From positions 69,380,001-69,444,000 of the forward strand of contig NC_086108.1 in the NCBI RefSeq assembly GCF_963921235.1: a stretch of DNA of 64,000 nucleotides, written 5' to 3'. Under the pieces are notes generated by a model that worked only from the letters and a program-made list of their open reading frames with translations, did no database searches and was not told the DNA's origin. This DNA comes from Mobula hypostoma. Its lineage: Eukaryota. The translations under genes and the position numbers were made by a program. The number at the start of each line of letters is the position of its first letter. Within the stretch, counting starts at the first letter, position 1. Below, piece after piece: positions 40,758 to 52,710 of this stretch.

Positions 40758-41399
40758 CCTACAAGACAGGTAGAAAAGAATACATCAAAGCCAGGCTGCT
40801 GTTGAGTGATTATTTGTGATTACTAACAACCAGCATTATTGGAGGCCAGGGAACAGAATCCACTTTCCTATGGAGCAGTCATTTATAAGCAAACTGATTG
40901 GGCTCTCGTACCTCAATACAGTCTCCATGCAAACTGCCTGAAATGGAAGCAACAGAGCTCCAATGAGGAATGTTTCAAATATGGTTAGATCCATAATTAA
41001 AGAGCTAGGACAACCAGCTCCTCAAGTCGACTTCCCATTCAATTGGACACAGACATGAAAATATGTTGATCTCTGTTCTAGCAATTCTAAACAATTGAAA
41101 AGTTTTTAGGAGGAATAGTTCCAGGTTCCTGATAGCCTTTATGGGAAGTGTTTCGTGATTGCAGTCCTAATTGGCTTAGTTGTAATATTAAGGCTGGTGA
41201 CTTCACTTCTGATTCCTGCCCACCCAGTAATATTTCAAACTAAATCTCTCAAAAGGTGACCAATGTTGAACTGAAATTCTGAGAGTATAGCTCTTTCCCC
41301 TTTTATCATTTCAATTATTTAATCTTGCATTATGGAACAAAATGACTAAATGCAGCAACAATTATCAGCCTTTACAGCACAGAGCTCTGTCCAACTTAC

Positions 41400-41464
41400 T
41401 TGTACGTCTGGTAACTATTTCTTACTTTGATGCCACCTTTGATGAAGCTAATCATGTTCTCATC
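41400..41464 (-). CDS. TTC39A: TTC39A coding exon (DENMISFIKGGIKVRNSYQTYK)
   Basis: tttcag acceptor, gtaagt donor, 65 nt. Confidence 0.95.
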
Positions 41465-42384
41465 CTGAAATAAACACGTATGTTAAATCAAAACTGGAGT
41501 ACCGTATATAGTTTTTAAAAAACACCAATCTATATGACTACTTATCTAAAAAAATGAAACTGCTTACATTTTCTTTTTGTAGACACTGAGGATGGCATTT
41601 GCTGAGCCAGCAGCAGTCAGCAGGAGTGTTAAAAATTTTAGGTCAAAATTTGTGGTCGGTGGCAACCACTGGGGGGAAAAAAACCTCTCCCAGCTTATTG
41701 ATCCTCCTTAAGGAACCTTCAGAAATGCAGCAATCAGTGAGGAACTGCAGTCACATTACTTTCCCCAGCAGGTTTGGACTAGAAGTGATGGCCTAAGTAA
41801 GCTCCATCCAAAAAAGGAAAATCCTCTTTCAATACCAGTTAACCCATACCTCTTGATTTAGCTGGGATAGTCAAAAACTGCTAAACTAAAATGCATTAAA
41901 TGTTTCTAAGAGATTCAGGAACACTTAAAACCTTAAAAAAAAATCAAAGCCAAAAGTTGAACTTATTTGATTGAAGCACCACCTTAGATAAATTAAGTTA
42001 AAAGCAATGTTCTTTAGTATGGAAAACAGGGCAAAATTTTTTTTAAAGCAAAAGATGATAAAAAAAAGTTATTCAACCTGTTAGAACTTAAATCTTCCTG
42101 CTCTCCCCAGTTTAATAATCTACTAAATTTCAAACTGAACTGAAGTCCCTAACTCTACAAGTGTCAGATTCAAAACACTTACCAACAATGGACAAATATA
42201 ATGAATTGTGGTCAACCTAAAGCAGGTATTTACAGTTGTATATTAATGGTTCTCATTCCTACCATGCCACTACTTTTAGATTTGTTCTACTTCCCTTATT
42301 TATTATTTCATTTCACCAATCAGGATCCACTTTTCCCATGGCTTTTATAGCCTTAGCTCATAGTGCCGTTTTATGATGGAAATG

Positions 42385-42711
42385 CTGGTTGAAACTCTCT
42401 ATTTCAGAATCCCTGGGACCAAACTAGTGCTGGACCACAAAAATATACACCCCAGAAATTTACCCAATCACCTTCCTCTTAGCAGGAGAACCGTCCCTTC
42501 ATAATAGAAACTCATGTATGGGTTCTGAGAACTGCTCATAGCCAGAAGTTTCTGTAAATTGGAGATTGCTGTCAAGCGAGATTGCAGAAGGTGCTATAGA
42601 TTAGTACAGATTTGTTAGAACTAGTTAAGCAGATCTGAACAATAAATTTAAAACATGCTGGATCACAGGAATTGCCAGACCACAGAACACCACACTAGAG
42701 AGTTCCAACCT
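42385..42711. mobile_element. Possible MITE
   Basis: Imperfect TIRs CTGGTTGAAACTCTCT / AGAGAGTTCCAACCTG. Confidence 0.4.
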
Positions 42712-42915
42712 GCATTTCTTACTGAATATCTTTTCATCCCCTTCCAATCTGTGGCATTATATTCTTTTGAGGTTTTGGTAAGGATGGAGGACAGAGATCT
42801 CTATTGACAAATTAAGTAACAATGAAACTATAAAACTTGGAGCAAATATGTAAAGGTAAAATAACGAAGGAGCAAAGCTTGTGTGCACATGTAGTATTAG
42901 TGATCTAAGTTAAAT

Positions 42916-43455
42916 TAGTGTTACAGCTATATAGGACCCTGGTCAGACCCCACTTAGAGTACTGTTCTCAGTTCTGGTCGCCTCACTACAGGAAGAATGC
43001 GGAAACCATAGAAAGGGTGCAGAGGAAATTTACAAGGATGTTGCCTGGATTGGGGAGCATGCCTTATGAGGATAGGTTGAGTGAACTCGGCCTTTTCTCC
43101 TTGGGGCGACAGAGGATGAGAGGCGACCTGATAGAGGTGTACAAGATGATGAGAGGCATTGATCATGTGGATAGTCAGAAGCTTTTCAGGGCTGAAATGG
43201 ATAGCACGAGAGGGCACAGTTTTAAGGTGCTTGGAAGTAGGTACAGAGGAGATGATGGGATGAGTTTTTTCACGCAGACAGTGGTAAGTGCGTGGAATGG
43301 GCTGCCGGTGGCGGTGCTGGAGGCGGAAATGATAGGGTCTTTTAAGAGACTCCTGGATGGCGACATGAAGCTTAGTAAAATAGAGGGCTATGAGTAAAAC
43401 CTAGGTAGTTCTAAGGTAGGGACATGTTCAGCACAGCTTTGTGGGCCGAAGGGCC
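42916..43455 (+). mobile_element. CR1 LINE 3' fragment; its tail resumes at about 45620-45651 after a Penelope insertion
   Basis: LQLYRTLVRPHLEYC..FWSP...LF..RGDLIEVYKMM, then gggccgaagggcc / cctgtttagtgctgtaagttttctatgtttct. Confidence 0.85.
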
Positions 43456-45619
43456 CCACTAAGGAGCATCAGGCCATTGTCTCCCACACCATCACCGACT
43501 TTATCCGCTCAGGGGATCTCCCATCCACCGCTACCAACCTTATAGTTCCCACACCCCGCACTTCCCGTTTCTACCTCTTACCCAAGATCCACAAACCTGC
43601 CTGTCCTGGTTGACCCTTTGTCTCAGCTTGCTCCTGCCCCACCAAACTCATTTCTGCATACCTCAACACTGTTTTATCCCCCCTTGTTCAATCCCTTCCC
43701 ACCTACGTTCGTGACAGCTCTCACACTCTGAATGTTTTTGATGATTTTAAGTTCCCTGGCCCCCACCACTTTATTTTCACCATGGATGTTCAGTCCCTAT
43801 ATACCTCCATCCCCCACCAGGAAGGTCTCAAAGCTCTCCACTTCTTTTTGGATTCCAGACCTAACCAGTTCCCCAGTACCATCACTCTCCTCCATCTAGC
43901 GGAATTAGTCCTTACTCTTAATAATTTCTCCTTTGGCTCCTCCCACTTCCTCCCAACTAAAGGTGTAGCCATGGGCACCCATATGGGTCCCAGCTATGCC
44001 TGCCTTTTTGTTGGCTTTGTGGAACAGTCCATGTTCCAAGCCTATACTGGTACCTGTCCCCCTCTTTTCCTTCGCTACATTGACGACTGCATTGGCGCTG
44101 CTTCCTGCACGCATGCTGAGCTCGTTGACTTCATTAACTTTGCCTCCAACTTTCACCCTGCCCTCAAGTTTATCTGATCCATTTCCAACACCTCCCTCCA
44201 CTTTCTTGATCTTTCTGTCTCGATTTCTGGAGACAGCTTATCCACTGATGTCTACTATAAGCCTACAGACTCTCACTGCTACCTGGACTATTCCTCTTCC
44301 CACCCTGTCTCTTGCAAAAAATGCCATCCCCTTCTCGCAATTCCTCCGTCTCCGCCGCATCTGCTCTCAGGATGAGGCTTTTCATTCCAGGACGAAGAAG
44401 ATGACTTCCTTTTTTTAAAGAAAGAGGCTTCCCTTCCTCCACCATCAACTCTGCTCTCAAATGCATCTCTCCCATTTCACGCACATCTGCTCTCACCCAA
44501 TCCTCCCGCCATCCCACTAGGAATAGGGTTCCCCTTGTCCTAACCTACCACCCCACCAGCCTCCAGGTCCAAAATATAATTTTCCGTAACTTCCGCCACC
44601 TCCAACGGGATCTCACCACCAAGCACGTCTTTCCCTGCCCCCCCCTTTCTGCTTTCCACAGGGATCGCTCCCTACGCGACTCCCTTGTCCACATCCCCCC
44701 ATCCCTTCCCACCAATCTCCCTCCTGGCACTTAGCCTTGTAAGCAGAACAAGTGCTACACATGCCCTTACACTTCCTCACTCACCACCATTCAGGGCCCC
44801 AGACAGTCCTTCCAGGTGAGGCGACACTTCACCTGTGAGTCGGCTGGGGTGATATACTGCATCCGGTGTTCCCGGTGCGGCCTTCTATATATTGGCGAGA
44901 CCCGACGCAGGCTGGGAGACCGTTTCGCTGAACACCTACGCTCTGTCCGCCAGAGAAAACAAGATCTCCCAGTGGCCACACATTTTAATTCCACGTCCCA
45001 CTCCCACTCTGATGTGTCTATCCACGGCCTCCTCTACTGTCAAGATGAAGCCACACTCAGGTTGAAGGAACAACACTTTATATTCCATCTGGGTAGCCTC
45101 CAACCTGATGGCATGAATATTGACTTCTCTAACTTCCGTTAATGCCCCTCCTCCCCTTCACACCCCATCCCTTATTGGTTTATTTAATATATATTTTTTT
45201 AATTATATTTCTTATATTTTCCCCCTTTTTCTCTCTCTCTTTTTTCTCCCTCTATCCCTCTCACTATAACTCCTTGCCTGCTCTCCACCCTCCGGGCTCC
45301 CCTCCCCACTTCTCTTTCTCCCTAGGCCTCCTGTCCCATGATCCTCTCCCTTCTCCAGCCTGGTATCCCTTTTGCCAATCAACTTTCCAGCTCTTAGATC
45401 CACCCCTCCCCTCCTGTCTTCTCCTATCATTTTGGATCTCCCCCTCCCCCTCCCACTTTCAAATCTCTTACTATCTCTTCTTTCAGTTAGTCCTGACGAA
45501 GGGTCCTGGCCCCAAATGTCGACTGTACCTCTTCGTATAGATGCTACCTGGCCTGCTGCATTCACCAGCAATTTTTGTGCATGCTGCTTGAATTTCCAGC
45601 ATCTGCAGATTTCCTCGTA
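43456..45619 (+). mobile_element. Penelope-like element (RT + GIY-YIG endonuclease), 5'-truncated, with stops and frameshifts
   Basis: MDVQSLYTSIPH, GVAMGT..GPSYA, RYIDD; VIYCIRCSRCGLLYIGETRRRLGDRFAEH; pyrimidine-rich 3' region and hammerhead motif. Confidence 0.92.
45489..45524 (+). ncRNA. Minimal hammerhead ribozyme motif of the Penelope element (core mutated)
   Basis: AGTC-CTGACGA-A-GGGTC-CT-GGCCC-CAAA-TG-TC-GACT; the GAAA box reads CAAA. Confidence 0.7.
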
Positions 45620-46100
45620 CCTGTTTAGTGCTGTAAGTTTTCTATGTTTCTCCCCCTACTTCTTACAGAAATGCAGGCTACGGTGAGATGCGAATGAAGT
45701 TGTTAGAAAACAAAAGAAGATTTGGGTTCAGTTTTTTTTTACACAGGTTAGTTGCAATGGGCAGTGGTGGAAGGACAAATTGAAAAAATTGATGGGCAAA
45801 GAATTATGTCAGGCATTTCAGAATATTATGCCGAGAACTTCCTTTGTTCTCAAGAAGAAACAAAAGGAAAACAAGCAACTTCCTAAAGCATGTTTGCTCG
45901 TTTCTAATGAACAGAAAAAGTAGTGATTGACCTGATTATAATGTTTGATATTGTCATTTAATTTGCACAATATCTATAGTTGAAAAATCAGTTATGTTGT
46001 AGGGAATGTGCTGTAAACAAAACAATATCAGCTGAACATTTCAGCAATTACATATAATTTAATACAAAATGATTTGACAAGTAGAAGTGAAAATCTTTCA

Positions 46101-46301
<201 letters not shown>

Positions 46302-48247
46302 TCACATCAACATTCAGGAATTAATCAAGATTTTAATCAAACAAACTCAAATATGTAAGAACCATTCAGTAACTAATTTTTGCTATAATGCTCTTGATAA
46401 TTAGCTTCCACATTGCTTCAACACCCTGCTTAGCTGTTCAACATCCTCTAACTTTATCACCTTCTGAGGACTGTTCTCTCCTCCAAGACTGACCTCTTCA
46501 TCATCCCCAAATGTAGTCATTATACCACCATCAGTATGCTTTCAATGATCAAGGATTGAACTCCAGCATCCCCTCCCTGAACTTCTCGACTGTCCTTGCT
46601 CCTTTCTCCAGTAAAACACTCCTTCAAATCTCTCTCATGAGCGAGGTTGTTGGACAATGCAGCATCATACTTTTAGACACTATGCGTTAGAGGGGCAAAA
46701 TGCACATTTGCCTTCATTTGTATTAGATACTCATTCCTTTAAAAATGCTGGTAGTGATTTGAGGAACGTCTGCTGGTTTGTCTTACTGGCATTTCCTGTC
46801 GGTGTAGGAATTTATGCATATCGGATATAAAACAGGTGTATGCTTTCAATCAGATTGGTATTTTGCTGCAGCTTTTAAAAAGACAGTCCCTAGAACTGTG
46901 CCAAAAATCCAAAGGGGTAAGAGAACAATATTTTATTCATTACTATCATATTCAGTCACTAAACTCCAAACCTACACTGACATAAAGCTCATGTTTGTGC
47001 GAGCGTGATGATGCTTACAGACAGTGGCAGGAATCACTGAATTTACAGTCAACTCTCTGTAAAGTGTTGCACTACTGTGCTGCGTGAGAAATATGGCTCA
47101 TGAGGGGCATTGCATTGATTTTGTTCAACTTTATAACTTGAGTAGGGTCTCAAAAAAAGATTTTGTTCAATTTTTCAGATATTACTAAAGTGCAAAATAC
47201 TGCCAAACTTTGAAGAACAATTAGGAGCTCCTCAGAAGTATTTATAAAATGATGGAATGGGCAATTTAGTTTCAACCTCAATTAATATAAATACTTAGAA
47301 TAGGGAAATAAAACATGGAATGATCTGGAAAGCTGGGGACTTGTAGTTCAGTTTTACAAGATGTTAAAATTAGCAGCATTAGAAGACAGAACTCATCATT
47401 AATGTTCATAATTTAATAATGAGTTTACAGGGAGAGGAGATAAAATAAGTAGGTTTAGATATATCACTAATTAGACGTGTAATCTTAGTAAAACTACAGC
47501 CAGAGTTTGTTTTGTAATATATGCCCTGTGCCAATAAGTACAAAACAGAATTACTAGGTGACCATGGCAAAAGGAAATATAAGAAACAGTGAGTTTAATT
47601 AGAGCAGAGGAGATTACAGAATCATCAGTGAAAATATTCAAACTTGTGCAAGGAGCTGTAGGAACTATTTCCAGTGACTGAGATTCTGAATTGAGGAGAA
47701 ACAGAAACAAGATTAAATGTAACAGTTAGGATGGGGGCCAGGGAAGTTTATCTAATACACAAAGGGATTTATGAAATTTGTATGCACTGCCAGAGTTAAT
47801 GATTAAAGCAATGACCACGGACCAGAGCAGAATGAAATGAAAAGGAAACAATAGGTCAACAGAGCATGTCAAGCAGTACCTGGAGGGGAATAAGCAGTCA
47901 ACATTTCGGGCCAGGTCCTGACGAAGGTTCTGAGCCCAAAATGCCAGCTGTTTATTCCCCTCCATGGATGCTGCCCGACCCGCTGTGTTCCTCCAGCTTT
48001 GTGTGTGTGTTGCTCTGGATTTCCAGCACCTGCAGAATCACACTAGGTGAAGACCATTTCTCCTTTAAGAGAAGATACTCCCTAACAGGCTACAGGGGAA
48101 AATGCTATAACCAGGTCCCGTCCTTCTCCTTCAGATGACAAAAATGACAGAACCATAGAAATGGGGAACAGGGCAAAATTAATGAAGACTTGTGTGAGAC
48201 ATTACTGGTAGAGGATGAAATCTTAAATTATAATACTCTCGACAAAC

Positions 48248-48324
48248 CTTCAGTGAAATGCTCTGCAGATTGCCTGTTCATCAAGTTGTTGATTGAGTCT
48301 GCCACAGTGTTTTTTTTCCTAAAC
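48248..48324 (-). CDS. TTC39A: TTC39A coding exon (FRKKNTVADSINNLMNRQSAEHFTE)
   Basis: tactag acceptor, gtttgt donor, 77 nt, phases match both neighbours. Confidence 0.9.
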
Positions 48325-49014
48325 CTAGTAGAATGAAAGGAAAAATAACCCAGGTTACTGCCCCGTGAAAAAGATGATAACATTAATTTTAATGATCCCT
48401 TCACCCATCGTTTTAAAGGCAATCATTTTTGCCAGTTTACAGTTCCAAATTCTTGGCAGAATGTTAAGTATGAAAGCCAAAGTATACTTATACATAACTT
48501 GACACACCACATACAAAGTTAATTCTTCAGCTAAATTTCTGGTTATAGAGCCGTACAGAGTAATACAGCAAAGAAACAGGCCCTTCAGCCCAATTCATCC
48601 ATGCTGACCACAGCTTCCACCAAAGTAGTCCCATTTGGCCCATATTCCCCTCCTTATCTATGTACTTATACAAATATCTTAACTGTTATTGCAACTGCCT
48701 CAGTCACTTTCTTTGGCAGCCCACTCCATACACCCACCACCAACTGCATGAAGAATTTGACCCTCAGGACCTTAATAACTCTTCCACCTCTCACCTTAAA
48801 CCTAAGCCCTCTAGTTTTTAGTTCCCCTTCTCCTGCAAAGCAAAAACCCATATGAATCTGTACACTTTTTATAAAGTCACCCCTCAATCTCCTATGTTCC
48901 AAGGAATAAAGTCCTAGTCTACACAGATGAGAAAAGCTTGTGCTGTTCTCTGTTGCCCTGCCTAACTGAACTATAGCATATGGAACCAAAGCACGAATTA
49001 AAATAGAATGCATT

Positions 49015-49740
49015 GCTGGGCAGAGAAGTGGCAGATGGAGTTCGATCCAGAACAGTGTGAAGTGATACACTTTGGAAAAATCAAACTTGTCGGTGGAATA
49101 CAACGTTAATGGCAGGATTCTTAGTGATGTTGAAGGGACCAGGATATCTTGGGGTCCAAGTCGATAGGGTGGTGAAGAGGACATATGGTCTGCTTACTTT
49201 CATTTGTCAGGGGATTGAGTTCAAGAGCCGTGAGGTACTGTAATGCCCCTTAAAACACTGGTTAGACCATACTTAAGGGTACTGTGTTCAGGTGGAATGT
49301 GGAAGCTTTAGAGAGGGTTCAGGGGAGATTTACCAGGATGTTGTCTGGATTAAAGGAATTAATCTGTTTTATGAGGAAAAGTTGAGTGAGCTAGGGATCT
49401 TCTCCTTGAAGCAAAGGAGATTAAGAGACTTCTTGAGAAAGGGAGATACTGTAAGATTATGAGACACATGGAGAGAGTGGACAGCCAGCAGCACAATGGC
49501 CAATACGGAGGACATATGTTTAAATTGATTGGATGCAAGTTTACAGAAGATGTTGGAGGTAGTTCATACAGAGAGTGGTAGGTGCCTAGGACACACCTCT
49601 GGGGATGGTGATTGAGGCTGATTACAATCAGAGACTCGTAGATAGGCATATGGGGGGTGATGGAGTAGGAGGGGACGGTTAGGTGGATCATGTAGTAGTT
49701 ATATGGGTTGGTACAACATAGTGGGCCAAACAGTATGTGG
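49015..49740 (+). mobile_element. Decayed CR1 3' fragment, adjacent to an inverted CR1 fragment at about 48550-48925
   Basis: gcagagaagtggcagatggag and tttaccaggatgttg motifs; the minus-strand piece reads LGLYSLEHRRLRGD. Confidence 0.7.
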
Positions 49741-49831
49741 CACCATTTTATGTCTTAAAAACCCTTTTATCTGTATATAATTTAAAAATAGCTTGCTGCT
49801 ATATTGCAATTGCTCAATTCAACTGCAGTTA

Positions 49832-50083
<252 letters not shown>

Positions 50084-50444
50084 CTACCAATACTTATTGG
50101 TTAAAGTACGTTGAATTAAGCCATTAATTGATATGGATGCATTTTCAATTAGAAAGGGTTGTTTAACAATACAGTACTTTAATAAATGTTAAACCATGAA
50201 TTTGGTAAAACCATATGACCATCTTAACAAAAATGTAAATTTTCAATTTTGTTTTCAATTCTAAGCATTTTACGGAATTTTAAGCATTAAAACAATTTTT
50301 TGGCATATGTAAAGTTATTTCTTCAATTAAATTTCTGGTGTTAAATATTTTATTTGACTTCAGATCTGTGTAATACTTAAATACAAATACAACTGTCCAT
50401 CAGAGCTGTGCTCAGGCTGAAAGTAACAAAATTCCTATGATGGC

Positions 50445-51350
50445 TTTGTGTCCAAGTTTGCGGATGAAATGAAGACAGGTGGAGGGGCAGGTAATGTTGA
50501 GGAAGCAGGGAGTCAGAAGAAAGACGTACACAGATTGGGTGAATGAGCAAAGAGGTGCAGCTGGAATATATTGTAGGGAAGTGTATGATCAAGCATTTTG
50601 ATAGAAGGAATAAAGATGTAGACTACTTTCTAAACAGGGAGAAAATTCAAAACTCAAAGGTGCAAGGGGACTTGGGAGTCTTTGTGCAGGATTCCCTAAA
50701 GGTTACGTGCAGGTTGAGTGAGCTGTAAGGCAGGCAAATGCAATGTTAGCATTCATTTCAAGAGGACTGGAGAATAAGAGCAAGGGTGTAATGCTGAAGC
50801 TTTATGAGACATTGGTCAGACTGCATGGAGTATTATGAGCAGCTTTGCGCCCCTTATCGAAGATGTGCTGGCATTGGAGAGAGTCCAGAGGTTTACGGGA
50901 ATGATCCTGGTGATGAAGGGTTAACATAAGAGGAGGATTTAAAGGCCCTGGACCTGCACTTGCTGGAGTTTCGAAGAATGAAGGGGAATCTCATTGAAAC
51001 CTATGAAATATTGAAAGACTGAGAGAGTGGATGTACTGAAGTGGGTGAGTCTATGACTAGAGGGCGCAGCCTCAGAACAGAGGGATGTCCATTTAGAATA
51101 GAGATGAGGATGATTTTTTTTAATCCAGAGGGTGGCGACTATGTGGAATTCATTGCTACAGATGGCTGTGGAGGCCAAGTCATTAGGTATATTTAAAGCA
51201 GAAATTGATAGGTTCCTGATTAGTCAGCGTGTGAAAGGTTACAGGTAGAAGGCAGGAGAATGGGATTGAGAGGGTTAATAAATTAGCCCTGAAGGAATGG
51301 CAGAGCTGTCTCAATGGGCCGAATGACCTGATTCTGCCTCTCTGTCTCAT
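50445..51350 (+). mobile_element. Decayed CR1 3' fragment
   Basis: SKFAD-like start, GKCMIKHF, DYFLN..VQGDLGV and a CR1 3' UTR like that of the 52.7-55.8 kb copy. Confidence 0.8.
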
Positions 51351-52710
51351 CAAAGGTTCAAAGGTCCAATTTTGTTAATATTGCTAATTTAACCTATTTT
51401 ATGGATTGCTTCCGGCACTTTCTCAGCTGTTGCGATGCTGGCCTGTCCATTATCACTTTCAGCATTGGCTCTTCACAAGATGGTGTTAAGGTACCACAAG
51501 TTGCTCAGACAAAATCACTGTGTCTTTCTGTCAAGTCATCTAATGGACGATTGCTTCATAGAATGGTTGTCACACAGAAATACCAGTCACCGTGGTTTAC
51601 AATTCATCTCTATCAATGCTTGGTGAAATCCTTTCCAGTTGGATCATAACTAAGAAAAGACGCTGCTGATTTTCTCAATACAGGGGCAGAATGGATATCC
51701 TGAGACATCCACAATCAAAGTAAAATATACAAAAGGGGTTATAGTATTTAAAATCTCTCTCTATGCCATAAAGGCCAAATTAGAAAACATTTGTAAGTGG
51801 GCTGGGAGTGGAATGAGTGGACCAGGACACGCAAAATTTATGGTTCCATTTATTAGTGTGATCGTATCAACCACCCAGCACTAATGACACTGTTTATTAG
51901 CACAGCTAGCATGAGTTCAGATTTACTGATTAAATCCAGCCTGGCTCTCTTGTGGCGGGAGGCATTTTCACAAGCCTCAGGGACTTGTAGGAAGACTTGA
52001 CTGATCATGGGTAAAGAGAGGTCCCAGGGTCTTTGCAGTTCAATACTGGAGATCAGAGGGAAGAGGATGAGTAACCCTTTACCTAAAGAGAGACAAGTCA
52101 CCAAACCTCCTAGGCAAGCAAGAGCACAGGCAGGAGACAATTCAAGGAGTCACTCCCCCAGAAAGCGGATGCAGGGCAGAACAAGTCTCATGATCTCAGA
52201 AGTGGGGTTAAGGTCACGTGGAACATCTCCCACACATTACATCGCAGGCCTCAGACATCGGTCTCACCTACCAACAATCTCTATCAGGGTTCGGACCAAA
52301 TTTTCTATGCCTCACCAAACCATCACATATTTACCACAACAGCAGGCAGACATCATCATCTGCTGGCACACTTCCCTCTCTCCTGCAAAACAGTACGCTA
52401 AGTAGCAAAAGGTAACAGCCATCTGGCAGGGAACAAGCTAACAGCCCACCTTCCTCGAGGGCAAACCTATCGGCCATTGCAGAGTTACAGCTAGCATTGA
52501 AAATGATGCTGTGCTTTTTCGTCCTCCTTCATCTCACTTTTCATCCCCACCTTATTCCACCATCTGCAGATGCTGGGAGCCTGCATTTTTAATAGCCACT
52601 CTCCCCTCTCCATAGCACTGGCCCCCACCCGATGTCTTTGTCCCTTTAGGTCACTTTGGCAGCAGTGCACTCTAGGGTAGCTTGGGGAGGAATGATAAAA
52701 AAAAAATATT

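Noticed and set aside
51853..52500. Possible DIRS/tyrosine-recombinase remnant (PWDLSL-like peptide)
   Set aside because: Only one weak motif and no RT, RH or YR catalytic residues visible.
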